A stretch of DNA of 64,000 bases from Candidatus Eiseniibacteriota bacterium (GCA_963792585.1 CAWBWI010000002.1:160001-224000), one strand, 5' to 3'. Shown: positions 21,712-33,243, counted from the first letter of the stretch. Numbers and translations are program-made. Notes: a model not told the origin generated them from the sequence alone.

Positions 21712-22638
21712 TCAATTGGATTCGAACTCGATTATGAACTGATTCGTATGGGTTTCGAATTGATCGTTCCAAAGTGGAGAGAGGGACTCGTCGATCTCAA
21801 GGTAGAATTCGTCGACTGAATTGTCCTCGCCGTCGTTTGGTTCGTTGGTGGCCCAGTTGGTGTAGCCCCACGCCTCTCCAGTTATCCACTCCCAGCAGCT
21901 GTCGGGGACACAGCCGACGGCAGGCTGCTGAAAGCCGCCGATCCACTTGTTTCCAAGTTCAGCACCAAACGTCTCCTGGAGAAACAGCTGCTCGTTGGCA
22001 GAGGTTACCGTTGCCAGATGAGCCTGCATCCCGCGCCATTCGATCGTCTGGCTGGTGTCTCGCGCCGACGGCCAGTCTAGCCGCCATTTTATGATCTCAT
22101 ACCAGTGGCCATTGGTGGTCCATTTGAAGGGACCCCGATCATTGCGGCGGATGTCATAGCTTAGGGCCAGCGCCTGGTCGCTCGGCATGTCGTCGACGGC
22201 ATCCGCCACCAGATAGTAATCGCCGGCGGGGATCGTGGGCCAGTTGATGTGCTCGGAGCCAAGGCCCTCCGTGGATCGGTCTACGACGTCCATGGGATCG
22301 CACGAGGCGAGAAGAAAGAGATCAACATCGCTCGTATCCGGGTGATCGACGAATAGGCTCACTTGGGCTTGATCGAGGAGAACGAATCGCCAGATCACCT
22401 CCGGACTTGAGCCGTAGACTGCAGGCGTCCCTTGGTACCGCGCCACCTGGCTTTGAGCCGAAGGCAGGACCGCGGGAACGCTGCCGTGGCCGTCGAGATC
22501 GAAGAGCTGAGCGTTTCCGCACTCCAGCGTCGTCTCTGGCTTGGCGGGTGGGCCGCCAAAGAGCCCTTGGCCGCCAGAGCCACAGCCTCCAAGAATTCCA
22601 ATCATCGTGATTAAGGACCAGACCCGGCGGGACTGCAT
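21712..22638 (-). CDS. Lipoprotein with PPC-like and C-type lectin domains
   Basis: Lipobox LGGC; DVDLFLL..AGDYYLVAD; GHWYE..HLATVTSANEQ..WIGG..WITGE.W.YTNWATNEPN..WND. Confidence 0.8.
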   Translation of the reverse strand: MQSRRVWSLITMIGILGGCGSGGQGLFGGPPAKPETTLECGNAQLFDLDGHGSVPAVLPSAQSQVARYQGTPAVYGSSPEVIWRFVLLDQAQVSLFVDHPDTSDVDLFLLASCDPMDVVDRSTEGLGSEHINWPTIPAGDYYLVADAVDDMPSDQALALSYDIRRNDRGPFKWTTNGHWYEIIKWRLDWPSARDTSQTIEWRGMQAHLATVTSANEQLFLQETFGAELGNKWIGGFQQPAVGCVPDSCWEWITGEAWGYTNWATNEPNDGEDNSVDEFYLEIDESLSPLWNDQFETHTNQFIIEFESN

Positions 22639-23049
22639 CAGTCCGACACTGGACCTTTGCCACCTTCTTCGAAAGCTCGAGAGGTCAGCCACAATTCTCC
22701 AGAACCCTCCCCGCCATGCTCGCATGGACGACGCCGATCTCATGATCATCGAGGACTATAGCATTTGGCCGATTGAAGGACAGACTCCGATGTTCTGGAA
22801 AGCGCTCGAGGCGTCTACTAGTCCTGAGGGTCCGACGAATCCCAGGAGGGCGTCGAGGGGCTGTCGTCCAGTTCGCGCAGAATCTCGCCTGGCTGAGCCC
22901 GTTCCTGCACCAAGTCCGCGAGAAGTTCCAGAAGCGAGTCCGGGAGCCAGGCGATCGTCTCTGCGCTCTTGGAGCCACCCCTTCTCGGCCAGGAGGCGAT
23001 TCTCCGGACCGGGCTTGGCACCCACGCGAAGGAGGACCACATCACCCGC

Positions 23050-23450
23050 CTCCACGTGCTCGTCCCCCACATCGAGCGGTGCTTGCGCCGCACCTCCCGG
23101 AATCGACGCTCGATCGTGTCCGTCGCCCGGTTCATCCGTCGCCACTCCGGGCCCGTCATAGTGGAGTGGTTCAGCATGTCGATGTCGTTAGACATGGCAT
23201 GGGCCGACGGTAGAGCTCGTCCCACCGCGCTCCGAAACGCACCGCCGCTTGGACTGCCCGCATCCGACTCTTCGCCCAGTAGATGCGTCTGAGACCTCGC
23301 TTTCGCCGCTTCCCGGTCCCTGACCGGTACCTTGTCCGCATGGTCCGGGCCTTGTGAGGCTAGCATCTTGCACGGGAATCCCAGGATAGACGACAGATAC
23401 AGCCGCGGAGAGCCACCGGTGGCATCGAATGTGGTCAATTCCATCCCCTT
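23050..23450 (-). pseudogene. Degenerate IS256-family transposase relic (boundaries approximate)
   Basis: Fragments across frames: VVYPGIPVQ, ADKVPVRDREA, RRIYWAKS, TDTIERRFREVRRK. Confidence 0.65.
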
Positions 23451-23537
23451 TCCCACGACGAGGCTTCTGCCGGTCTGTGACTTAGACTCGCCTCAAGAAT
23501 GTGCGGCGGCGGGGACTTGCCCCATACTCTCTGTTTT

Positions 23538-23603
23538 GCCGTCTCCAATATGTCTCCACGACTCTGGGGGAATCCGGGGGACTGGAGTGGACTTGCGGGG
23601 ACA
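23538..23603 (+). repeat. 10-bp-phased GAC(T)-type repeats (possible integrase arm/accessory sites)
   Basis: GACT/GAAT/GACT/GACT/GACA at 23560, 23570, 23580, 23590 and 23600; 23538-23583 is 36/46 identical to 35643-35688. Confidence 0.5.
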
Positions 23604-23689
23604 ACGAAGGCGGCGGCAATCCTCTCGCAGGGAACCGGTTAGGTGCCGAAGTCGTACACCAGCACCAAGTTAGGTAGTTGCTGCCGAGA

Positions 23690-23712
23690 GGGTTCGATTC
23701 CCGCCGCCTCCA
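23690..23712 (+). other. Displaced tmRNA/tRNA-like 3' end fragment, candidate att site
   Basis: GGGTTCGATTCCCGCCGCCTCCA is a T-loop arm plus acceptor 3' strand typical of ssrA. No matching 5' half upstream. Confidence 0.7.
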
Positions 23713-23838
23713 AATTCTTGCGCTTCCGCCTTGTCGTCATGGGCCTCCGGATCGCCGTGCGGCAGGTGCCGGCGAAGAGATGGAGGTACTTCGCTCCCGA
23801 GGCGATCTTCAGGTGCGCCTTGCCGGACGATCCCGATC

Positions 23839-26800
23839 TCAGTGCTTCGGGGCAAGCGTCCGGTGGAGCTTCGAAATCATCCGCCCCAGCTCGGAATCAG
23901 GACCCGATCCAATTCGAACAGCAAGCTCCTCGGCTTCGCTCAGGGTCGCGAGCGCGGCCGGCGTATCCCCGGTTCCATGTTCGAGCTCGGCGCGGATGCA
24001 AAGGAGTTCGCCGAGATCTTGACCGGCATCCGCCTGACGCAGGAGCGGCTCCCCGGTCGCGAGCGCCTGCCGGGCCGCCTCGATCGACCCCTGTTGGTGG
24101 AGAAGACTTGCCAGGCATGCGAGCGTGTGGCCCTCGGAACCCCGATCGCTCACCAATCGGTGGATGGCGAGCGCCGATTCGTAGTGAGCACGCGCCAATT
24201 CCACTTCGCAACGATCCTGGTGCAGTCGCCCCAGTGCTGCGATGATGATCCCCTCCAGCCGCCGGTTGCCCACCTCGCGCTCGATGGCCAACGCCGCCTC
24301 GAAGTGTGCGCGCGCCTCATCGGTAAGTTCCTGCGTGCGGCAGAGAAGACCCAAGTTGATGAGAACAATACCCTCGGAGAAACGGGCACCGGTCTCGCGG
24401 TGAATGACGAGTGCCGCTTCCAAGTGGGTCCGGGCCTCTTCCATTTGACCCTGATCGTAACCGAGACCGCCGAGATTGGAGTGGGCGTTACCTGCAAAGC
24501 GCTGATTCCCCACTTCGTGGTGAACGACGAGTGCGGCTTCGTAGTGGGCACGGGCCTCCTCGGTGTGACCCTGATCCTGGAAAACAAGTCCAAGGTTACT
24601 GAGGACGATTCCCTCTAGCCGCCGGTAGCCAGCAGAACGCGCGACCTCGAGAGCCAGCTCCGAGGAGGAGCGAGCCTCAGCCATTCGTCCCTGACCACGG
24701 CGAGTCACGCTCAGCGTGTTGAGGGTATTGCATTCCAAGTGTCGGTCGCCCACCGCGCGCGCAGCTTCGAGCGCCATCTCCAAGTACACGGACCCCGCCT
24801 CCATGTGGTCCTGACTGACCTGCATGCCACCCAAATCCCCGAGGAGTTGAGCCTCGAGGTGCCGATCTGAAACCTCCCGGGCGATGGCAAGGGCCGCTTC
24901 CAGATGAGCGCGGGACTCCGCAACCATCCCGCAGTACCACTCCGCCAGTGCAAGCGTCTTGACGACGTGGGCTTCTTCGGCTCGACCAAGGCGCAATCCT
25001 TGCAGGGCTTCTCGTCCCAAGTGCACACCCAGGCCGAACGGTCCCCGCGAGTCCAGGACCGCCCATGAGGCCCGGTAAGCTGCCACGGCGGTCGCTGCAT
25101 CCCGACGCGAGACGGCACGCCGGCACGCGGCTACCATGTTGTCGAGCTCGCGTTCGACTCGACGCCTGTATTCTGGGCCGCCTAGCTCTTTGAACGTCTT
25201 GATTTTCTCCGGCGTCGCATAGCGTGCATACCACTGACCGTGCCGCTGCTCGACAGCCTGAGCGATTGGAATCTCGCTCCCCTCGACTCCCCAGGAAGGG
25301 CCCTCCCGAAGCTTTATGCGCGCATACGTCTGAAGGCTTACGAACATCCCGAAGCGAGCCTCGGGTATTCCCTCGCCGGAGCCAACCTCAGGAGCCGATG
25401 CCCGCAAGAGACTCTTGTCGACGAGGGATTGCACAACGTCCACCACCCACGGGGCATCCGGCCACGCGCCCAGGTCGACCACTCCCTCCGCCGCCTCCAG
25501 CGTGAACCCTCCTTCGAACACCGAGCACTGCGCCCACGCCGATCGTTCCCATGGCTTCAGTAGCTCCCAGGAGCCGTCGATCGCGACGACAAGGGTCTCG
25601 TGACGGGCGCTCCCGCCACCGGTCAGCAGACTGAAGCGACTGCGCATCTGCGCGACAATCTGCGCGGCGCTCATCACGCGCATCCGCGCCCCGGCGAGCT
25701 CGATCGCCAGCGGCATACCGTCCACGAGTCGCACGATCTCCCGCGCAGACTCGGCTTCCGATCCGACGAACTCGAGTCCCGGACGGAGCCTGCGCGCCCG
25801 GGCGGCGAAGAGCTCCACTCCCATCTCAATCGGCAGGGGTCCCACCGAAAGCACCGTTTCCTGGGTACCGAGGCGCAGCCTCTCGCGGCTCATCACGAGG
25901 AACCGTGCTTCGCCCGCCCTTGCTACCCACCGGCCCACCGTCGCCGCAGCGAGGTCCACGACCTGGTCGAAGTTGTCAAGCATCATGAGGCAGCGCCCGC
26001 GCCCCGCGATCGCGTGACCGATCTGCTCGACAGGATCTCCTCGCCCGAGCTGAACTCCGAGCGAGCCGGCGACGGCCGATGCGATCCCTTCCAAGCTCCG
26101 AGCCTCGGTCAGATCGCAGAACCACACTCCGCCCGGCCACGCGCCGAGATTTCGCCATCCGTAGTGAACTGCGAGCCGCGTCTTTCCCATCCCTCCGGCC
26201 CCGACCAGCGTCACCAGGCGCGAGTCGCGGTCGAGACAACGCTCCAGCTCCTCGCTCTCCAGCTCCCGGCCCACGAAGAAGTCCCGTTCCGCGGGCAACG
26301 TGTGCGGCGCCCTCGCCGCGACGCCCAGCGATTCGACGGGATCGACGCGCGCCCGTCCCGCGAGCGCTTCTGCCACCTCTTCCGCCCGCGCGAAGCGCCG
26401 GCGCGGCTCCCGGGCAAGGCATCGAAGAATCACCGCCTCCCAGCGGTCGTCGAGGTTGGGCAGGAAGTTTCGCGGCGACGGTGGATCCTCCACGAGTCGG
26501 AGCCGCGCCACTTCGGACGCCGATCCACCGGAGAACGGCAATGCGCCTGTGACCATTTCATAGAGCACGATCCCGAGCGCATAGATGTCGGCTGCGGGGC
26601 CGACCTCTTCCCCTCGAACTTGTTCGGGTGCCATGTAGATCGGGGTCCCGACGATTGGACCTGAGTCCCGCCGCGGTTGATGAGCGCCTGCTCTCTGCGA
26701 TGCCGCCCGCGCGATTCCAAAATCCGTCACGACCGCCTGCTCGCCCCCGTCTCTGTCGACGATGATGACATTGTTGGTCTTGAAGTCGCGGTGCACGACC

Positions 26801-27414
26801 CCTGCTCGATGGGCCGCCCCGAGCCCCGCCGACATTTGCTCCGCGAAGCGCTGCGCGCGATCGAGCGGGAGCCGCCCCGTGTCCTGCAGCTCCTTTGCGA
26901 GAGTTTCGCCGCGCAAGATCTCCATGGTGAGGAACCAGGTGGCGGCCTCGCCTTCCCCGTGCCGTCCGAGGTCGTACAAGCGGCAGACATTCGGGTGCCA
27001 TACCGAGCGCGCGAGGAGACCTTCCAGCTTGAGGCGCTTGTGCGCTTCCTCCGTGCCGCCCGGTAGGTGGAGCGTCTTGAGTGCTACCGGGATCGAGAGC
27101 TCCTCATCCCAGGCCTCGTACACCTCTCCCATTCCACCCCGGCCCAGTAGCTGCCGCACGCGGTAGCGCTGCGCCACCTGATCGTCCACCGAGAACCTGG
27201 GAGGGGCCGTGCCCGCAAGAATCTCGAACCATGCTGCGGGCGGCGCCAGCGTTTCCGGGCTGCGCTCGCATGCAGCGAGAAGAGAGACAACCTCGTCACG
27301 GAGATCGATGTCATCACCGCATGCGGACTCGACGAAAGCGCGCCGCGCCTCCACGGGCTGCTCCACCGCCTTTTCGACCAGGAGCTGCACGCGGAGCCAG
27401 CGCTCGGAGTTCAA
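23839..27414 (-). CDS. Ser/Thr protein kinase-P-loop ATPase (STAND-like)-TPR protein
   Basis: LGRGGMGEVY, VALK, HRDFK, DFG, YMAPE; GAGGMGKT, LDNFD, GMPLAIELA; tandem TPRs. TTG start overlaps the sigma stop (TTGA). Confidence 0.9.
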   Translation of the reverse strand: MNSERWLRVQLLVEKAVEQPVEARRAFVESACGDDIDLRDEVVSLLAACERSPETLAPPAAWFEILAGTAPPRFSVDDQVAQRYRVRQLLGRGGMGEVYEAWDEELSIPVALKTLHLPGGTEEAHKRLKLEGLLARSVWHPNVCRLYDLGRHGEGEAATWFLTMEILRGETLAKELQDTGRLPLDRAQRFAEQMSAGLGAAHRAGVVHRDFKTNNVIIVDRDGGEQAVVTDFGIARAASQRAGAHQPRRDSGPIVGTPIYMAPEQVRGEEVGPAADIYALGIVLYEMVTGALPFSGGSASEVARLRLVEDPPSPRNFLPNLDDRWEAVILRCLAREPRRRFARAEEVAEALAGRARVDPVESLGVAARAPHTLPAERDFFVGRELESEELERCLDRDSRLVTLVGAGGMGKTRLAVHYGWRNLGAWPGGVWFCDLTEARSLEGIASAVAGSLGVQLGRGDPVEQIGHAIAGRGRCLMMLDNFDQVVDLAAATVGRWVARAGEARFLVMSRERLRLGTQETVLSVGPLPIEMGVELFAARARRLRPGLEFVGSEAESAREIVRLVDGMPLAIELAGARMRVMSAAQIVAQMRSRFSLLTGGGSARHETLVVAIDGSWELLKPWERSAWAQCSVFEGGFTLEAAEGVVDLGAWPDAPWVVDVVQSLVDKSLLRASAPEVGSGEGIPEARFGMFVSLQTYARIKLREGPSWGVEGSEIPIAQAVEQRHGQWYARYATPEKIKTFKELGGPEYRRRVERELDNMVAACRRAVSRRDAATAVAAYRASWAVLDSRGPFGLGVHLGREALQGLRLGRAEEAHVVKTLALAEWYCGMVAESRAHLEAALAIAREVSDRHLEAQLLGDLGGMQVSQDHMEAGSVYLEMALEAARAVGDRHLECNTLNTLSVTRRGQGRMAEARSSSELALEVARSAGYRRLEGIVLSNLGLVFQDQGHTEEARAHYEAALVVHHEVGNQRFAGNAHSNLGGLGYDQGQMEEARTHLEAALVIHRETGARFSEGIVLINLGLLCRTQELTDEARAHFEAALAIEREVGNRRLEGIIIAALGRLHQDRCEVELARAHYESALAIHRLVSDRGSEGHTLACLASLLHQQGSIEAARQALATGEPLLRQADAGQDLGELLCIRAELEHGTGDTPAALATLSEAEELAVRIGSGPDSELGRMISKLHRTLAPKH

Positions 27415-27977
27415 ACCCCGCCCTCGAGCTCTCGTTGGAGCCAGCCACGGAGGACGATCCAATCGCGCTTGGCCGTCGCGGTGGAGACTCCGAGCGCGGT
27501 CGCAGTCTCATCGATCGTCATTCCGGCGAAGAACCGGCACTCAACCATGCGTGCGTGCCGCGGGTTCAGCGTGGCGAGATTCTTGAGGGCGGCGTCGAGG
27601 TCGAGGATGCGGTCCGCCTCGACGACGGGGAAGTCGGCAGCCTCCGAGAGCGAGACATGCAGGGCGCCCCCTCCGCGCTTAGCGCGTTTGCGCCTGCGGG
27701 CGTAGCTGACGAGGATGTTCCTCATGACTTGAGCAGCAATCGCCAGGAAGTGGGCGCGCGATTGCCACTGTACGCGATCGAGCTGAACGAGCTCGAGGTA
27801 GGCCTCGTTGACGAGCGCCATCGTGTCGAGGGTGTGGCCCTTGCGCTCGAGCCGAAGCTTGGCGCGGGCGATGCGCCGGAGCTCGCTGTGGACCAAGGGA
27901 AGAAGCTCGTTCAGAGCCTGCGGGTCACCATCGCGCAACAAGATGAGGAGGTCGGTGACGCTACCGGGATTCTTCAT
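27411..27977 (-). CDS. ECF sigma factor (TIGR02999-type)
   Basis: VTDLL..ALNELLPLVHSELRRIA..HTL..ALVNEAYL..MRNILV.YARR..KRGG..VECRFFAGMT..TAKRDW. GGAGG RBS. Confidence 0.92.
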   Translation of the reverse strand: MKNPGSVTDLLILLRDGDPQALNELLPLVHSELRRIARAKLRLERKGHTLDTMALVNEAYLELVQLDRVQWQSRAHFLAIAAQVMRNILVSYARRRKRAKRGGGALHVSLSEAADFPVVEADRILDLDAALKNLATLNPRHARMVECRFFAGMTIDETATALGVSTATAKRDWIVLRGWLQRELEGGV

Positions 27978-28238
27978 GCCATGCCTCCGAGCCGCCGGAG
28001 CACCGCCACCTCCTCGAGCGGAGCTGCCCCGTTGGCCAACCGACTCGCAACTCATTGTAGGACAACAATGTGGATGCTGCAATCGAGTGCTGGTCGGAGG
28101 CGATGAGCCATTCCCTCGGGATTTGGCGCTATCCGGGGCGAGACCCTTGGATGTCGCTGGCCGTGCGGGCTCCCTTCGGGGAGGGCGATCACTACCGACC
28201 CGCGTCCACGAACGAGAAGGGAGAAGAGGGAGTCGACC

Positions 28239-31200
28239 ATGTTCACGAGCTCGAATGTTTGCCGACGGGGGATCCTCGCCTGTGCGACCGCTTGCATCCT
28301 CACGATATCCGCTGCCATGAGCATCTTCTGGACTGTCCCGGGATTGCGGTCCGATGCCGTCGCCGCCCCGGGCCCTGCTCGATCCGCAGGCCCAGCCCAG
28401 ATTCCAGATGATGCCCGCAGGGGGGCGCTGGTGCCCATGCCAGAGCCCCTCCCTTCCGACCTTCGGCAGGTGGGAGCGGAGGAATCCTGGTGGCAGGCGG
28501 TTACGGCCGACCTCGCGCGCCGGGAGTACGAGGCGTCGACCACGGAGCAAGGTCTCCAGGCTCCCAACCGCGCCCACAACCTGCGGACGACCTTCGGCGA
28601 GCGGGGGATCGAAGTCGTCCCGCGGACGAGCAAAGATGTGTCTCCGGCGTGGCGGTTCGCGTGGGAGACGAGCGGCATCGGACGTGCAGGTTCCATGCAA
28701 AGCTCGGAACCGGTTTCCCCCGAGTCCGAGCGGAACCGCGTGACCTACCGGCGCGACGGATGGAGCGAGTGGTACGAGAACACGGCAAAGGGGCTCGAGC
28801 AGGGTTTCACGATCGAGCGGAGGCCCGGGGGCGAAGGTCTGCTACGGATCGCCGGCGGTTTTCCGGCGGCGCTGCGAGCCGAGGTGCGCGCGGATGGGGC
28901 GGTCGATTTCATCGACAGCCACGGCGTCTGCACGATCCGTTATGGAGAGTTGCACGTGTGGGACGCGCGAGGCCTTGAGCTCACCTCGGAACTCGTGATC
29001 GCTGAGGCGGCGCTGGCCATCGTGATCGATGATCGAGACGCGAAGTACCCGCTCACGATCGATCCGCTCATGACCTCCCCGGCCTGGACCGCGGAGAGCG
29101 ACCAGGCGTTCGCTCAGTTCGGCTTCTCGGTGGCGACGGCGGGGGACGTGAACGGGGACGGGTTCTCGGATGTCATCGTCGGTTCCTTGTTCTTCGACAA
29201 TGGCCAGGCGGACGAGGGTCGGGCCTTCGTGTATCAAGGCTCGGCGGGGGGTCTGAGCATCACTCCCAGCTGGACCGTCGAAGGCAATCAGATCGAACGC
29301 TTGGTTCGGCTACTCGGTGGCGACGGCGGGGGACGTGAATGGGGACGGGTTCGGCGACGTGATCGTCGGCGTCGATATCTTCCGACAACGGGCAGACCGA
29401 TGAGGGGCGGGCATTCGTCTATCACGGCTCGGCGGGAGGGCTGAGCGCCACCCCCAACTGGACGGCCGAGAGCGACCAGGCGAAGCGCCGACTTCGGCGT
29501 CTCGGTGGCGACAGCGGGAGACGTGAACGGGGACGGTTTCAGCGATGTCATCGTCGGCGCCTATCTCTTCGACAACGGCCAGTCCGACGAGGGACGGGCG
29601 TTCGTCTACCACGGCTCGGCCGGGGGTCTGAGCCTCGCCGCCACTGGACTGCCGAGGGCGACCAGGCCATCGCCGTCTTCGGCATCTCGGTGGCGACGGC
29701 GGGGGACGTGAACGGTGACGGATTCAGCGACGTGATCGTCGGCGCGTCCAACTTCGACAACGGCCAGACCGACGAAGGGCGGACGTTCGTCTATCACGGC
29801 TCGTCGAGCGGTCTGAGTTTCACTCCCAACTGGACCGCGGAGGGCGACCAGGTCGAGCGCCTACTTCGGCCAATCGGTGGCGGCGTGCTGGGGACGTGAA
29901 CGGGGACGGCTTCTCCGACGTCATCGTCGGCGCCCACGACTACGACAACGGGCAGAGCGACGAGGGGCGGGCGTTCGTCTACCAGGGTCGGCGGCGGGTC
30001 TGGCCGCCACCCCCGCGTGGACGGCGGAGAGCGACCAGGCCAACGCCGACTTCGGCATCTCGGTGGCGACGGCCGGGGACGTGAACGGCGACGGGTACGC
30101 GCGACGTGATCGTCGGCGCGGGCGTCTTCGACAACGGGCAGAGCGATGAGGGGCGGGTCTTCGTCTACCACGGCTCGGCGGCGGGGCTTGGCACAAGCGC
30201 CGCCTGGACCGCGGAGCCGAACCAGAGCAATGCTCGGTTCGGCAGCTCCGTGGCGACGGCCGGGGACGTGAACGGTGACGGGTTCTCGGACGTCATCGTC
30301 GGTGCCCCGTCCTTCAACGGCGGCCAATCCGAGGAGGGGCGAGCCTTCGTCTACCACGGCTCGGCGGCGGGCTTGGCCCTCTTGCCCGCGTGGACCAAGG
30401 AGAGTGACCAGACCGACGCCTACTTCGGTTTCTCCGTGGGGGCTGCAGGGGACGTGAACGGCGACGGGTACGGCGACGTGCTCGTCGGCGCCCCTCGGTA
30501 CGACAACGGTGAGCTGGATGAGGGGCGCGCCTTCGTCTACATGGGCTCGCCCGCTGGGCTCGCCGGCACACCCGCCTGGACTGCGGAAGGTGACCAGGAG
30601 GGCGCTTCCTTCGGAATCTCCGCGGCCACGGCGGGGGACGTGAACGGGGACGGCTACTCCGACATCATCGTCGGCTCCCACTTGTACGACAACGGTGAGA
30701 TCAATGAAGGAGCGGCCTTTGTCTACCTCGGGTCGTCCACGGGCCTGGCGACCACGCCCGCGTGGACGACGGAGAGCAACCAAGCAGATGCCTTCTTGGG
30801 CCTTCCCGCTCAAACGGCCGGGGACGTCAATGGCGACGGCTATTCCGACGTCGTGGTCGGCGCTTCCTTCTTCGACGGCGGGCAGGTCGAAGAGGGACGG
30901 GCCTATGTCTACGAGGGTTCGGCCGCGGGTCTCTCCGACACCCCCGCGTGGATCGCGGAAGGAGATCAGGTGAACGCCCTGTTCGGCACTTGGGTGGCGT
31001 CGGCGGGTGATGTGAACGGTGACGGTTTCTCCGATGTCGCCGTCGGTGCTAGCTTCTTCAGCAACGGGGAAGAGCGGGAGGGGCGCGCCTACGTTTACCA
31101 AGGCTCTGCGGACGGACTGGCCACCACGCCGGCATGGACCGCCGAGAGCAACCAGGCCGATGCCCGCTTCGGCGGTCGTGTGGAGACAGCGGGGGACGTG

Positions 31201-32379
31201 AACGGCGACGGCTATTCCGACATCATCGTCGGGGCCCATTTGTACCACAACGGGCAGTCCAGCGAAGGGGGTGCTTTCCTATACCAAGGCTCGCCTGCGG
31301 GTTTGGCAGTCTCGCCAGCGTGGACGGCTGAGAGCAATCAGGCTGGCGCCCAGTTCGGGATCTCGGTGGGGACCGCGGGGGACGTGAACAGCGACGGCTT
31401 CTCCGACGTCATCGTGAGCGCCTATTGGTACGAGAACGGGCAGGCCGCCGAGGGGCGGGCCTTCGTCTACCTGGGCTCGGCCGAAGGTCTGTCCACCCTC
31501 CCTGACTGGACTGCGGAGGGCGACCGCGTCGGAGCGAGGTTCGGCAGCCAGGTAGGCACGGCGGGGGACGTGAACGGTGACGGCTACTCCGACGTCATCG
31601 TCGGCGCCTACCAGTTCAGCAACGGGCAAGTCGAAGAGGGTCGAGCGTTCCTTTTCTACGGCAACGGGGGCGGCGGCCTCGTTCGACTCCCCCGCCAAGC
31701 GCGCACCGACGACTCTGCTCCGATCTCGCTCCTCGGGACCTCGGACTCCGAGTCAGCCTTTCGGGTCAAGGCTCTTGGCCGAACCGCCGCGGGACGGGGT
31801 CGGGTCCAGCTCCAGATCGAGGTGAAGCCCGCCGGTACGCCGTTCGATGGGTCAGGCGTTGTGACGACGCCGGCCGTCGACACCGGCATGCCGACGGCTA
31901 ACGGCAGCGCCGTGCCTCTCACCGAGCTCGCGAGCGGCTTGACCGCGGAGACTCTCTACCACTGGCGACTTCGGGTCGACGCCGACTCGCCGTTCTTCCC
32001 GCGCTCACCGTGGTTCACGCTCGCCGGGAACGCGCTCACGGAGGCCGACCTCCGGACCGCCGCGGCGATCCCGTCGGATGCGTCGGGCTTTCCGTCAGCG
32101 TCCAATGCGCTGCTCGGTCCGGGAACCCCCAACCCGTTCACGGACGGAATAGATATCATGTACACCCTGTCCGCGCGGGGGCACGTGCGGCTCGCGGCGC
32201 ACGACGTTGCAGGGCGGCAGGTCGCCGTTCTCGCCGAAGGAGCGCGGGAAGCCGGGCGGCACGATCTGCGCTGGGATGGCCACGATTCCGCGGGCGATGC
32301 CCTTCCCGCAGGCGTCTATCTGCTTCGTCTGGAGACCGCGGGTCGGGTGACGTCGCGGAAGCTCGTCATCGCCCGTTGA
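28239..32379 (+). CDS. FG-GAP (integrin-alpha) repeat protein with FlgD-type CTD; several frameshifts at ~29.3-30.1 kb
   Basis: 14 GDVNxDG repeats at ~186-bp period (two 7-blade propellers); C-terminal PNPF..HDVAGR..WDG..GVYLLRL. Confidence 0.85.
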
Positions 32380-32641
32380 AAGAGCTCATCGAAGCCGACG
32401 ACAAGGACCGTCACGCTCGGTGGGGGGGCACCGCCCTCGAGCGTGCGTCAGAGCCAGCCCCGCAGGACGGTCCAATCGGGCTTGATTGTGGCGATCGAGG
32501 CCCCGAGCGCGGTTGATCTCAGCGCCGTGAGCGCTCTGCGAGCTCAACTGGACGCTTGGCAAGCCCGAACGGTCTCCGGTAACCTTCGCGGTTGCTGCGA
32601 CGTGAGTGGCAACGGAACGGACCGGTTCAAAGGAGAGAATC

Positions 32642-33232
32642 ATGCGTATTCTTGCTGTAGCTCTGATGTGTGCCGCGCTGGTCGGCTCGGCGCTCGCGCA
32701 GGGGGACAAGCCCGCCGAGATGAGCCCCGACGAGATGATGAAGATGTACGAAGCCGCGGCCAAGCCCGGGCCGGAGCACGCGATGCTTGCCAAGAGCGCC
32801 GGCAGGTGGAATTGCACGGTCAAGTCCTGGACGGACCCGAAGGGAGCGCCCGAGGTCTCCGAAGGAACGGAAGAGTCTGAGATGGTCTTCGGCGGCCGGT
32901 ACCTCAGAAGCCACTTCAAGGGAAGCATGATGGGAAGGCCGTACGAGGGGATGGGCACTTTCGCCTTCGACAACGTCAAGAAGAAGTATGTAGGGAACTG
33001 GATGGATTCGATGAGCACGGGAATCATGAACTTCGAGGGCGACTACAACGCTCAATCCAAGGAGCTGGTTTGTCGCGGATCCTATGCGGACGCAATGACC
33101 GGCAAGGACACGGCCTGCCGAATGGTCTCGCGATTCCTCGGCGACGACCAACACGTCTTCGAGATGTGGGGTCCGGATCCAACCGGAACAGAGGTCAAGT
33201 GGATGGAGATCACCTACAACCGCGCCAAGTAG
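32642..33232 (+). CDS. DUF1579 family secreted protein
   Basis: Signal peptide; PGPEH..L...GRW; YEGMG.F.FDN..KYVGNWMDSMST; MEITYNR. Confidence 0.85.
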   Translation: MRILAVALMCAALVGSALAQGDKPAEMSPDEMMKMYEAAAKPGPEHAMLAKSAGRWNCTVKSWTDPKGAPEVSEGTEESEMVFGGRYLRSHFKGSMMGRPYEGMGTFAFDNVKKKYVGNWMDSMSTGIMNFEGDYNAQSKELVCRGSYADAMTGKDTACRMVSRFLGDDQHVFEMWGPDPTGTEVKWMEITYNRAK

Positions 33233-33243
33233 CAGTCGCGCTT

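Noticed and set aside
23640..23715. Complete tRNA or tmRNA gene
   Set aside because: Only the T-arm and acceptor 3' strand are present; no pairing 5' strand, D arm or anticodon arm is found upstream.
27978..28700. 429-aa sigma ORF N-terminal extension (likewise those of 37707-40505, 47942-50491 and 55349-57373)
   Set aside because: GC-rich open-frame artefacts overlapping other genes; internal starts have an RBS or translational coupling.
29100..31660. CRISPR array or DGR-type repeats
   Set aside because: The ~186-bp period repeats encode FG-GAP motifs, and no cas or reverse transcriptase gene is in the window.
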